From Jeotgalibacillus sp. ET6 (lineage in GTDB: Bacteria; Bacillota; Bacilli; Bacillales; Jeotgalibacillaceae): 24,000 nt of DNA. The translations under genes and the position numbers were made by a program. Positions within the stretch are counted from its first letter, which is position 1, and the number at the start of each line of letters is the position of its first letter. Location: assembly GCF_029667115.1 (NCBI RefSeq), contig NZ_JARUIU010000003.1, positions 485,906 through 509,905 of the forward strand, given 5' to 3'. Of this stretch, positions 8,328 through 16,430 are shown piece after piece. The notes under the pieces are model-generated. The model was not told where the DNA came from and made no database searches. It saw only the letters and a program-made list of their open reading frames with translations.

Positions 8328-10592
8328 TCACCCAGTCGAAGATGCTGCATACTGTACATCCGCTATAAATTGTACTCCGATTAGTGTTTTGCGTCCCCGC
8401 TGCTGCACCCATTGAACACGCCCTTCATCAAGTGCGAGCTGTGCATTTGTATGGTGAATTTCAACGCTGTCACCTGCTTTTATGCGTCGTGTTCGCTTGA
8501 GTTCTACTCTGCAGCCGCCAATGCTGTAATCCGTGATAATTGACTTCACTTCTCCATCCTCGAGCGATAAGGACGCAGGGATGGAAACCATTTCCCTGAC
8601 TGCTGACCTCTCAAAACGTTTAGGGCGATACTCTGTTCCGCGGGTGAACTGAACAAATACTCTCCATATAGAAGAACGATTGTAGATCCTTTTTGTATAG
8701 CGATCGACCATCGTTAAGTATAGAATTTTTACGATACTTCGATATTGGTTTAGATCGATCGAATTAAACTTCCCTCCAGCACTGAGAGGCCCCCCGCGGG
8801 AATCGCTCACCCAAAGCTTTTCAAAATTCAGGTCCTTAATTTCCCCTGCGTTTAATAAAAAGTTTTGTTCTTTTGAAAGCCATTTTTCCGCATTTGGATG
8901 AGTAATTTCAAAGCGAAATCCTGTCTCACTCATATCCTTAATCACACATTCAAACTCCTGTCCTCCTGCGCGGATCATCCCATTAAGATCTACTTTATGG
9001 CGCTCCGCTCCACGAAAACGCGGTCTCTCCACCGAGATCATCAGTGCAAGTACAAGGGCAAGAAGATTGTAGAGAATCCAGAATATATTAATATAAAGCA
9101 TATCGTTATTTTCATAGATCTCCAATGGCGTGAATAGATGGAGACTTACTTGAGCAAATGCCATGGCTGTAAATCCAATCAGTACAAAGTAGGGAATGCT
9201 TACACGCCATAAAAACTGTCTTTTTTCGCTTTGAATCCCTTTTGCTGTTACATTGAATTTTACATTTTTCTTTAAAAAAGATTCCGTCAAAACAGATAGG
9301 GCCATATAAGGTGCCAATGCCACTTCGTATACATGACTCCAGAGCACCGTTCGTTTTTGATCCGACAGCAGCCTGAAGGCTAATTGTGAGGATATAAAAG
9401 CAGGAAGCCAAAACGCAAGCAGAGCTAAAAATTCTGTATCCAGACTATAAATGCCAAATACCAGAAATAACAAAGGGGCAAGCAAATAAATCATCTTATA
9501 AACACCGAAAAACCAATAATTAATTCCATCCATATACAGCAATCGCTGCATCCAGGTTAGACCTTTTATTGTCATCGGGTTCCATTTCCTTGCTACTTGA
9601 ATATTGCCTCGGCACCAGCGATCCCGTTGTTTAAGAAGGTCTGCATACGTTTCCGGCGACAGACCGACTGCGAGTGTTTCGTTGACGAAAACAGAGCGTT
9701 GTTTCCCCGTCTGCAAAAGCATCCCAGTTGCCATATCCTCCGTAATAACCCCTGTTGCAAACCCTCCAATTGCATCAAGCGCTGACCTCCGGAACAATGC
9801 GTTTGACCCAACATACATGGTTGCATTAAATCGGTCTTTCCCTTCCTCAAGACTGCGCATAAAAAAGTCTTGTTCATTTGTAATATTATCTTCAAAGAAC
9901 AAATTGTATTGAAAAGGGTCTGCATTATAAAATACTTGAGGCGCCTGCACGAAAGATACATGTTCATCTTTAAAATGACCCACTGTCCGTTCAAGAAACT
10001 CTTCTTTCGGGACCATATCAGCATCCATCGTAACAATAATTTCGCCCTTTGTTTTTAACATTGCATCATTCAGGTTTCCTGCCTTTGCATGTTCATTGCC
10101 TGTGCGGGAAATATACCTAGCTCCAAGTGACTCCGTAAGCTCACGCACAGATTCTCGCTTCCCATCATCACAAACATAAACACGAAGTAAATGTTCCGGA
10201 TAGCGGAGCATCGTACATGCCACGATTGTCCGCTTGAGCAAGTCCTCCGGTTCATTGTAAGTGGCAATCAAAATATCCACAGAAGGAAGCTGATCAAGAT
10301 CTGTTAAAGGAATGTGCTTCCGCCTGAATGGTTTCCATGAAAGAATCGTGAATACAATGGACTGCACAAACCCCATAATCTCTGTGGCCAGCAGTAAAAT
10401 CCCCAATACGAGACTAATGATGCCAAATGTAGGCAGTGTCTCAACTGCTCTCCAAATCAAGTAAACCGCATTCAATAATAAAAAGAGTGAAAGCAAGATG
10501 CGGCGGTGCACCCCTCCTCTTTTGGCAGCTCTATATAATAGAAACAGAACCATGATTTCAACAGCCAAAACAAGCCAAACAGTATCTGCCAT
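8328..10592 (-). CDS. BcsA-type processive family-2 glycosyltransferase (cellulose-synthase-like) with two C-terminal PilZ motif pairs
   Basis: 754 aa. Signature motifs are CDDG (aa ~141), MDADM (DxD), ITEDMATG (TED), QRDRW (QxxRW, aa 322-326) and FNVTAK (FxVTxK gating loop, aa 445-450), with multiple TM helices. PilZ pair 1 is RGAER (527-531) + DMSETG (553-558). PilZ pair 2 is RSAVR (662-666) + DYSIGG (688-693). SD GGAGG precedes the ATG, which lies 15 nt after the upstream gene's stop. Confidence 0.85.
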   Translation of the reverse strand: MADTVWLVLAVEIMVLFLLYRAAKRGGVHRRILLSLFLLLNAVYLIWRAVETLPTFGIISLVLGILLLATEIMGFVQSIVFTILSWKPFRRKHIPLTDLDQLPSVDILIATYNEPEDLLKRTIVACTMLRYPEHLLRVYVCDDGKRESVRELTESLGARYISRTGNEHAKAGNLNDAMLKTKGEIIVTMDADMVPKEEFLERTVGHFKDEHVSFVQAPQVFYNADPFQYNLFFEDNITNEQDFFMRSLEEGKDRFNATMYVGSNALFRRSALDAIGGFATGVITEDMATGMLLQTGKQRSVFVNETLAVGLSPETYADLLKQRDRWCRGNIQVARKWNPMTIKGLTWMQRLLYMDGINYWFFGVYKMIYLLAPLLFLVFGIYSLDTEFLALLAFWLPAFISSQLAFRLLSDQKRTVLWSHVYEVALAPYMALSVLTESFLKKNVKFNVTAKGIQSEKRQFLWRVSIPYFVLIGFTAMAFAQVSLHLFTPLEIYENNDMLYINIFWILYNLLALVLALMISVERPRFRGAERHKVDLNGMIRAGGQEFECVIKDMSETGFRFEITHPNAEKWLSKEQNFLLNAGEIKDLNFEKLWVSDSRGGPLSAGGKFNSIDLNQYRSIVKILYLTMVDRYTKRIYNRSSIWRVFVQFTRGTEYRPKRFERSAVREMVSIPASLSLEDGEVKSIITDYSIGGCRVELKRTRRIKAGDSVEIHHTNAQLALDEGRVQWVQQRGRKTLIGVQFIADVQYAASSTG

Positions 10593-10607
10593 TATTTTTC
10601 CTCCAAT

Positions 10608-11660
10608 CTATTTAAAACGTGCACTGAATAAACTTTTTTTTACAGCATGATAAGCTGGCTTTTCCACCCAATTATCATCAAATAACAATGGCTCGGCTTT
10701 TTCAGACTCCTGTGAGATCAACCAGCTCTCCGCGTCTCCTGCTCCCCACACGGTGACTCCCTGGCATGATGACTCTTTCATGCACATTGCTGTTATGTCA
10801 CCATAAAGTTCAGCTTGTGTATCAAGTCTTTCGTTTCTCGGTTCTCCCATATTCTGAAGCTTAATGTCGAGCTCTGTAACAGCAGTAACAAACCCTGCTT
10901 GTCCCCACTTTGCAAAGTTAGTCTTCATCTCCTCAATTGAAATTCCAGGATCCGCAGCATCCAAATGGGCCTGAACACCTATCCCATGAATTGGGTAGCC
11001 TTCCCGCTTCCATTTGTTTAAATAGTTGAACATAGATGCGGCCTTCACATTTTCTTTTTCTATCCCATAATCGTTGTAGTACAGAACAGCTTCGGGATCC
11101 GCTTCAGACGCCCAGGAAAAGGCAAGGGGGATGTAGGATGGTCCCATCATCCGGTACCAGAAATTTTCTCTGAAGGTCCCATCGTCGTTCCATGCTTCAT
11201 TCACCACATCCCATTCATTTACACGTCCTTTATAGCGTTCAACCAGCATTTGAATATGTAGCTTTAGCACTTGCTTTGTACGTTCTTCATCCACTGCCTG
11301 TTCATAGACCCACTGAGGTATTTCTTCTCCCCAGACAAGCGTATGTCCTCGGATCTCCATGTCATTTTCTTCTGCTAGTTCAATCAGTTCGTCGGTCCTG
11401 TCAAATGAAAAACGATCTTTTTCAGGATGAATCGCAGCCATTTTCATTTCATTCTCAATCGTCAAATGATTGAATTCTCTCAATAAAATCTCCTGGTATT
11501 TTTCATCTTGAAAAGCCGGTTCAAAACGGACAGCAGATCCAATATAATGTCCTGTTCTATCTGCATGTTCCGCTAATGATTTTTTATCGTCATTCATCAG
11601 CCAGCCTCCTGCCAGTAAAAACAGAATCAATCCCATTGCAAGCATCCATTTCTTTTGCAC
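10608..11660 (-). CDS. Glycoside hydrolase family 10 (endo-beta-1,4-xylanase-like), N-terminal signal/anchor
   Basis: GH10 signatures: TIENEMKM, GHTLVWG, WDVVNEAW (acid/base Glu), HGIGVQAHL and VTELDIK (nucleophile Glu). The N-terminus MQKKWMLAMGLILFLLAGGW is hydrophobic. The start is GTG at 11660, with AGAGGGG 5 nt upstream. Confidence 0.85.
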   Translation of the reverse strand: MQKKWMLAMGLILFLLAGGWLMNDDKKSLAEHADRTGHYIGSAVRFEPAFQDEKYQEILLREFNHLTIENEMKMAAIHPEKDRFSFDRTDELIELAEENDMEIRGHTLVWGEEIPQWVYEQAVDEERTKQVLKLHIQMLVERYKGRVNEWDVVNEAWNDDGTFRENFWYRMMGPSYIPLAFSWASEADPEAVLYYNDYGIEKENVKAASMFNYLNKWKREGYPIHGIGVQAHLDAADPGISIEEMKTNFAKWGQAGFVTAVTELDIKLQNMGEPRNERLDTQAELYGDITAMCMKESSCQGVTVWGAGDAESWLISQESEKAEPLLFDDNWVEKPAYHAVKKSLFSARFK

Positions 11661-11774
11661 CCCGTGCCCCTCTTTCTTTTATCACCATCATAACCGGTTA
11701 TATTAGAAACAAACGATAGGTACATATTCCCTTTTTCTTATATTTAAAACAGGCATTTAGAAATGTTTTGACAA

Positions 11775-11806
11775 TAAAAAAACAGACCATTTAAAATGAT
11801 CTGTTC
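11775..11806 (-). terminator. Rho-independent terminator (ends the MFS-NAT-small membrane protein transcription unit)
   Basis: The minus strand reads ACAGATCATTT-ta-AAATGGTCTGT (1 mismatch) followed by TTTTTTT. Confidence 0.6.
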
Positions 11807-11966
11807 AGGCAGGCCCATACAGCTGCTGTTATGAGGTGATGTATAACTGGAGAATGGAGAAAGATTTTATTAGAGGCGGTGGGTCAGAATATGTACATAC
11901 TCCCGTGGTAATAGGCAAATGCTGCAGTTGAGGTTGATCGAGTCTATTAATTGAAGGAACAATAAT

Positions 11967-11995
11967 AACGCTTGGAATTCTTTATTCCAGACGCT
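11967..11995 (-). terminator. Possible stem-loop terminator just after the 12005 stop
   Basis: AGCGTCTGGAAT-aaaga-ATTCCAAGCGTT has a perfect inner 6 bp, and the outer part needs G-U pairs and one mismatch. It is followed by a U-rich but interrupted tract. Confidence 0.35.
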
Positions 11996-12004
11996 CGTCT
12001 TTTT

Positions 12005-12277
12005 CTAAAGATTATATTTATGATACAAACCGGCAAACAGAAAGAACAGTCCATTTACAAAGGTAGCAATCGCATAGACAAAACCAGCAGCTGCCACGGC
12101 AATCCCGTCCCCGCTCGCTTCACCAATCCAACGGGCAGATGCAAATAAAACAATAGGTGATAACAGCAGCATCACAATGAGTGAGGATGCAAACCATCTG
12201 ACTGGATTGGATTTACATATAAGAAACGCTGAGACATTAAGAACAACTATAAAAACGAGCATGATCCAAAGAGACAC
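12005..12277 (-). CDS. Small integral membrane protein (three TM helices, hypothetical)
   Basis: The ORF is hydrophobic throughout. The start is set at the GTG at 12277 (SD AAGGAG 8 nt upstream), because the track's start at 12286 sits 1 nt from the SD. It lies 24 nt downstream of the NAT gene, so co-transcription is likely. Confidence 0.55.
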   Translation of the reverse strand: MSLWIMLVFIVVLNVSAFLICKSNPVRWFASSLIVMLLLSPIVLFASARWIGEASGDGIAVAAAGFVYAIATFVNGLFFLFAGLYHKYNL

Positions 12278-12300
12278 GATAAACACTCCTTATAGATGAA

Positions 12301-13137
12301 TTAATCTTTAAAAATGTCTATCTTATTTCTTCTTAAAACACCAATCGCTTCTTCTACTGGTAATTTCGGCAGTTGAAACTCCTCTGAAAGAACGTCGCAA
12401 ATTTCCTCTACCGTTGATAAGTTCCGAACCACTGTTTCTCCGTTTGAATACCGGATGCCAAACTTATTATTCACTAATGACACACTTCTTTTTTTATCCG
12501 TTTGATAGAGCTGGCATCTTAAAATGGTCATGAAAGGAGCAGCTGGTTCATTCGATTTTTGTATTACTCCACTAAAGTCCTCAACCTTCGCTTCCTTTCG
12601 GGAATGAAAATGCCACGTTTTCCCGCTTTGACTGCCATTCGCATAACGAATATATTTATATAAATTTTGTCCTGGTTCTTCTGGTAATAAGTACACTTCA
12701 TCTTTGCCGAAAGATGAGATATTTCTAAAATCGCTTTCAAAACTTACCGGTTTAAAGAAGGGAGCCGCAGCCCCGCCATCCACATAAAATCGCTCATGAT
12801 TAATCACCACAATAATCCCCATATGCTCTTCTCCAAGCATAACGTGATAACACTCAAATCCGATCTCTTTTAATAGCCTCATGAGATTTGAATTCAAGGT
12901 ATAGCATGTTCCCCCAAACTGGTATTGTTCATGATGATCAACAAAATGACTAAATGATGGAATATCAAAGCTATTATATCCATGCTTTTTAAACAGAATT
13001 AGTTTGCTTATGTTTTCAAAGGGAAATGTATTTAACTGGGCATGACAAATCCTTTCCAGGTAAGGCAAAGACGGTTCCTCTAATGATACATTTAAATCGT
13101 GCAAGTACTTTTTTGCATCCTCCGAAATTTGCTGCAT
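12301..13137 (-). CDS. Arylamine N-acetyltransferase (NAT) family protein
   Basis: NTFPFENISKL (the PFEN motif), the catalytic-Cys context FGGTCYTLN, then HMGIIV and YVDGG (His/Asp region). The start is set at the ATG at 13137 (SD AGGAG upstream). The track's GTG at 13158 has no SD. Confidence 0.8.
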   Translation of the reverse strand: MQQISEDAKKYLHDLNVSLEEPSLPYLERICHAQLNTFPFENISKLILFKKHGYNSFDIPSFSHFVDHHEQYQFGGTCYTLNSNLMRLLKEIGFECYHVMLGEEHMGIIVVINHERFYVDGGAAAPFFKPVSFESDFRNISSFGKDEVYLLPEEPGQNLYKYIRYANGSQSGKTWHFHSRKEAKVEDFSGVIQKSNEPAAPFMTILRCQLYQTDKKRSVSLVNNKFGIRYSNGETVVRNLSTVEEICDVLSEEFQLPKLPVEEAIGVLRRNKIDIFKD

Positions 13138-13214
13138 AGACCATTCAACTCCTAACACCTAGTTATTTTCCCTGCTGCAGCCACTGACTTATGTATATTT
13201 AGCTTAATAGAATC

Positions 13215-14414
13215 TTAAACAACTGCCTTTTCTCTCTGCTTCCAAATACGCTTCAGCACTGCATTCAGCCTTTCAGAGCTCAATACCATGACCGCTATAA
13301 ACATGAAGACAACAGCCGGAAACAGGTCAATCGTTATATGTGCTGCCATCAGCCCAAAAAGAGGCGGAAGAAAGGTACTTCCTGTATAGGCAAACGCCAT
13401 CTGGTAGCCCATGATGGTCTGTGAATGCTCTTGACCAAAACGGACAGGCGTTTCCTGCAGCATGGATGGAAATATGGGAGCAAGCCCGAGTCCGATGAGT
13501 ACAAAGCCGGCGAGTGAGAACGCGGCAGGCAGGGGCAGAAAAAGAAGTCCCGCGCCTGTTAAAGCAAGTGCCTGGCCGGAGCGAATCAATGTGCGGCTGC
13601 TTAGTTTAAATGTCATAAACCCAGTGATAAATCTGCCTATCGTAATTCCCGCAAAATAAAAGGAGACCCATTTTGCAGCCGTGGCTGCCGGCAGGTTTTT
13701 CACCTCTACAAGAAAGCTGCTTCCCCAAAGTCCGACCAGCGCTTCCACTCCACAGTAGAAAAAGAACGCCGTTAGTGCCAGCCTGACTCCACTTATTTTC
13801 AGAGGTTTGGCTGTCGTCGTGTGTACCTCTTCTTTTGCCATTTCCTTTTGAGCAAAGGGCTTTGACTTCACCTTCCCCCATAAAGGGAGTGTGACAAAAA
13901 GAATCAGCATAAGGGCAAACTGAATGCTGGCAATTGCCAGATATCCATTTCTCCATGCCGGCTCTCCCGCAATAAACTGCGCCATAATAACGGGTCCAAT
14001 GGTGGCCCCAACACCCCAGAAGGAATGCAGCCAGCTCATATGGTGGGCATGATAATGAGTTGCCACGTAATCATTTAACCCGGCATCAATCGCTCCAGCG
14101 CCCAACCCCAAAGGCAAAGCAAATAAAAATAACCAACTGATTGAAGGGGCAGCGAAAAAGCCGGTAAGCGCACCCGCGGTTAAAAGTGTACTGAACGCAG
14201 CAACATTCCCTGTTCCAAACCTTTTCAGGATTTTACCGCTGACAAGACTCGAAATAATCGTACCGCCCGCAATCGTCATAAAAAGCAAGCCCGCCGTCTC
14301 TATAGGCACTCCAAGGTCCCGCTGCATGACGGGCCACGCTGCTCCTAGCACTGAATCCGGTAGCCCCAGACTAATAAAAGCCAAATATATAATAAGTAAA
14401 AGCAAAACCGCCAT
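13215..14414 (-). CDS. MFS transporter
   Basis: 399 aa with about 12 predicted TM helices and G/A-rich helices typical of the major facilitator superfamily. SD AGGAGG lies 8 nt upstream of the ATG. Confidence 0.9.
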   Translation of the reverse strand: MAVLLLLIIYLAFISLGLPDSVLGAAWPVMQRDLGVPIETAGLLFMTIAGGTIISSLVSGKILKRFGTGNVAAFSTLLTAGALTGFFAAPSISWLFLFALPLGLGAGAIDAGLNDYVATHYHAHHMSWLHSFWGVGATIGPVIMAQFIAGEPAWRNGYLAIASIQFALMLILFVTLPLWGKVKSKPFAQKEMAKEEVHTTTAKPLKISGVRLALTAFFFYCGVEALVGLWGSSFLVEVKNLPAATAAKWVSFYFAGITIGRFITGFMTFKLSSRTLIRSGQALALTGAGLLFLPLPAAFSLAGFVLIGLGLAPIFPSMLQETPVRFGQEHSQTIMGYQMAFAYTGSTFLPPLFGLMAAHITIDLFPAVVFMFIAVMVLSSERLNAVLKRIWKQREKAVV

Positions 14415-14540
14415 ACAGATTGCCTCCTAAAGATGCAGCAGATTTATAGGAACAAGGGGGAATGAGGGGGGGGAACAGGATGTTCAACCGACGATGTCTG
14501 CCCAGCTCCTGTACCCTAAACATCATGCATCACGATTCAG

Positions 14541-14807
14541 CTAGAGCGTCTCATCCAATTTATGAATTTTTGACTTGGAAAGTAAAAACACATCGCCCAG
14601 TATGTCGATCTTGTTTCCTTGTACACGTACAGCACAATCTTTATTTGACGCGTAAATATCTATTTCTTCCGATAAAGAAGACAGTTCGTCCTGAACCAGC
14701 TCAAGGTTATTTTCTAGATCAAAATGAGAAAGGACGGAAAAGTGATCAAGGCCAATTCCTTCGTAAACAGAGCACATTTCAAATTTATAATCGAATTTCT
14801 TCAGCAT
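14541..14807 (-). CDS. Hypothetical 88-aa acidic protein (possible RT-associated accessory gene or gene remnant)
   Basis: An open frame lies 57 nt downstream of the RT stop on the same strand. GC content is intermediate. There is no SD at a functional distance: the only AAGGAG is 24 nt upstream of the ATG, with an in-frame TAA between them. No family recognised. Confidence 0.4.
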   Translation of the reverse strand: MLKKFDYKFEMCSVYEGIGLDHFSVLSHFDLENNLELVQDELSSLSEEIDIYASNKDCAVRVQGNKIDILGDVFLLSKSKIHKLDETL

Positions 14808-14864
14808 GAATTTAATGATTTATACGTGTAACTCCTTCTTTTCCCTGCAGATATTTCTTATTAA

Positions 14865-16418
14865 TCAATTTAACTTTGCCCATTTAATCAATAGATTCTC
14901 AAGTATATCTCCAGAACCTAAATTTTTGTTAATACCTTGCAGATAAAATTTCTTTTCATCTGCTGGAAAACTGCTACAAGCTATTAAAAAAGCTCGTTGA
15001 CTCCATACATTTAATCTTGGGTAGTCTTCTTTTAACTCTCTTAACCAGTCTGTCTGATTAGAAATATTAGCACACAAAATAACTTCCCTTTTTATATTTT
15101 CAGACGAGCTATTATACTTACTTATAATTTTTTGAATATGATTGAAATGAATTGTATTAGCAAAAAGACTCAAAATTGAGATCTGAAAAAATTCATTAAC
15201 TTTAAAAACTTCTGTGTCCAATAAATTGATAAGTTCCTCTCCAACATCATACATTTTTACATTTTGATTGTTCGCTATTGAAATAAAATATCTAGAAATA
15301 TCACTTATAGCAGGTACAAGTTTAGTGAAATTTTTAGACACATATTCAATCGCATTAGGAGTACCAATTAGCGAAATCCTCCTAAACAGCCACCTAATTC
15401 TACTATAATTCGGCTCATCTTGTTGGAGGTATTTATCCAATAATTGAGCAAGGTTTTCTTTGGTGAAAAGTTCCATTTTTTTGTCCGGTATTGTTTTAGC
15501 ACGAATCGCCCCATAGCCTCCTGAAGTATATTCTTTCAACACTTCGGTTATATCTTCTTCTAATTTATTTATAGGATTATCCTTTAAGTTTTCATTGCAA
15601 TAATTAATAAAATGTGTCGAAGAATATATTTTTGTTTTTTGATTTTGTAAAATTAACCTTTGTTGTTTATCCAATATTGTTGCCATTTCATAAACTAGTT
15701 TTTTTGCTTCTATAGGGTCATTACAAAACATTACAATGTCGTCAGAATATCGGCAGAATTCAATACCTCTTGCTAAAAGACTGTTGTCAACTGGTATTAA
15801 AGACATCTCGGCTAAAAGATGAACTGAGTGTGGGCCTATAGGTATACCCCGCGATACCCGCTGAGTGATCGATTCTAAGAGATTCATAATCGATTTCTTA
15901 GCTGGATTGGGAAAATCACAACTTATTAATTGATTTTCAATGGTATGGTGATAAATTTGGTTGTAAAAATCCGCAATATCTACATAGATCGCGAACTCAT
16001 AACTTTGAGCCTTGTTCTTGCACGTTTCCCAAAACTGATTCCAAGAATTATAATTATTATAAAAATATCCATCTGAACTTGGATTAAACCTATAATTAAA
16101 TACCCTTTGATCCCCTTTTGGTATCCTTTTATTTTCAATGTTTTGACCGAACTGATATATTATCGATGCTAATAAAATACTATCCAACGGATCTAGCTGT
16201 GTGGCTACTCTATAAGATAACTCAGACTTTGGAATAATAAATCTTCTGCAGGGTTTCCAAGCATAATTGCTTATATCAATTTTAGCTATCTCATTCGCTA
16301 CATGTTCTTTATCTTTGTAAATAACCTTAATCTCTTCCGGTTTAGGAAACAAATCAGTATCACTGTCCATAAAAATATGTTCAATTCCCCATAAAATTGA
16401 TTCATTGGCTAATTTCAT
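14865..16418 (-). CDS. Stand-alone reverse transcriptase of the UG/Abi (defence-associated, DRT-like) type with C-terminal helical domain
   Basis: RT motifs in order: RRFIIPKSELSYRVATQLDPLDSIL (motifs 1-2), YVDIADFYNQIYHH (A), RGIPIGPHSVHLLAEMSL (B), RYSDDIVMF (C; YSDD = nt 15738-15749) and LILQNQKTKIY (D). About 250 aa of predicted helical sequence follows. I saw no maturase/endonuclease, retron VTG or other effector motif. The start is set at the ATG at 16418 (GGAGG 5 nt upstream), because the track's GTG at 16430 lies in the SD. Confidence 0.85.
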   Translation of the reverse strand: MKLANESILWGIEHIFMDSDTDLFPKPEEIKVIYKDKEHVANEIAKIDISNYAWKPCRRFIIPKSELSYRVATQLDPLDSILLASIIYQFGQNIENKRIPKGDQRVFNYRFNPSSDGYFYNNYNSWNQFWETCKNKAQSYEFAIYVDIADFYNQIYHHTIENQLISCDFPNPAKKSIMNLLESITQRVSRGIPIGPHSVHLLAEMSLIPVDNSLLARGIEFCRYSDDIVMFCNDPIEAKKLVYEMATILDKQQRLILQNQKTKIYSSTHFINYCNENLKDNPINKLEEDITEVLKEYTSGGYGAIRAKTIPDKKMELFTKENLAQLLDKYLQQDEPNYSRIRWLFRRISLIGTPNAIEYVSKNFTKLVPAISDISRYFISIANNQNVKMYDVGEELINLLDTEVFKVNEFFQISILSLFANTIHFNHIQKIISKYNSSSENIKREVILCANISNQTDWLRELKEDYPRLNVWSQRAFLIACSSFPADEKKFYLQGINKNLGSGDILENLLIKWAKLN

Positions 16419-16430
16419 ACAAACCTCCAC

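Noticed and set aside
8898-10267. Multiple 60-150-aa ORFs on both strands within the GT2 gene
   Set aside because: They are alternative-frame or antisense shadows of the 754-aa BcsA-like CDS and lack SDs and recognisable motifs.
14462-14809. 115-aa + strand ORF at the left edge of the islet
   Set aside because: It is antisense to the 88-aa ORF, has an Arg/Cys/His-rich implausible composition and no SD. It looks like a shadow frame.
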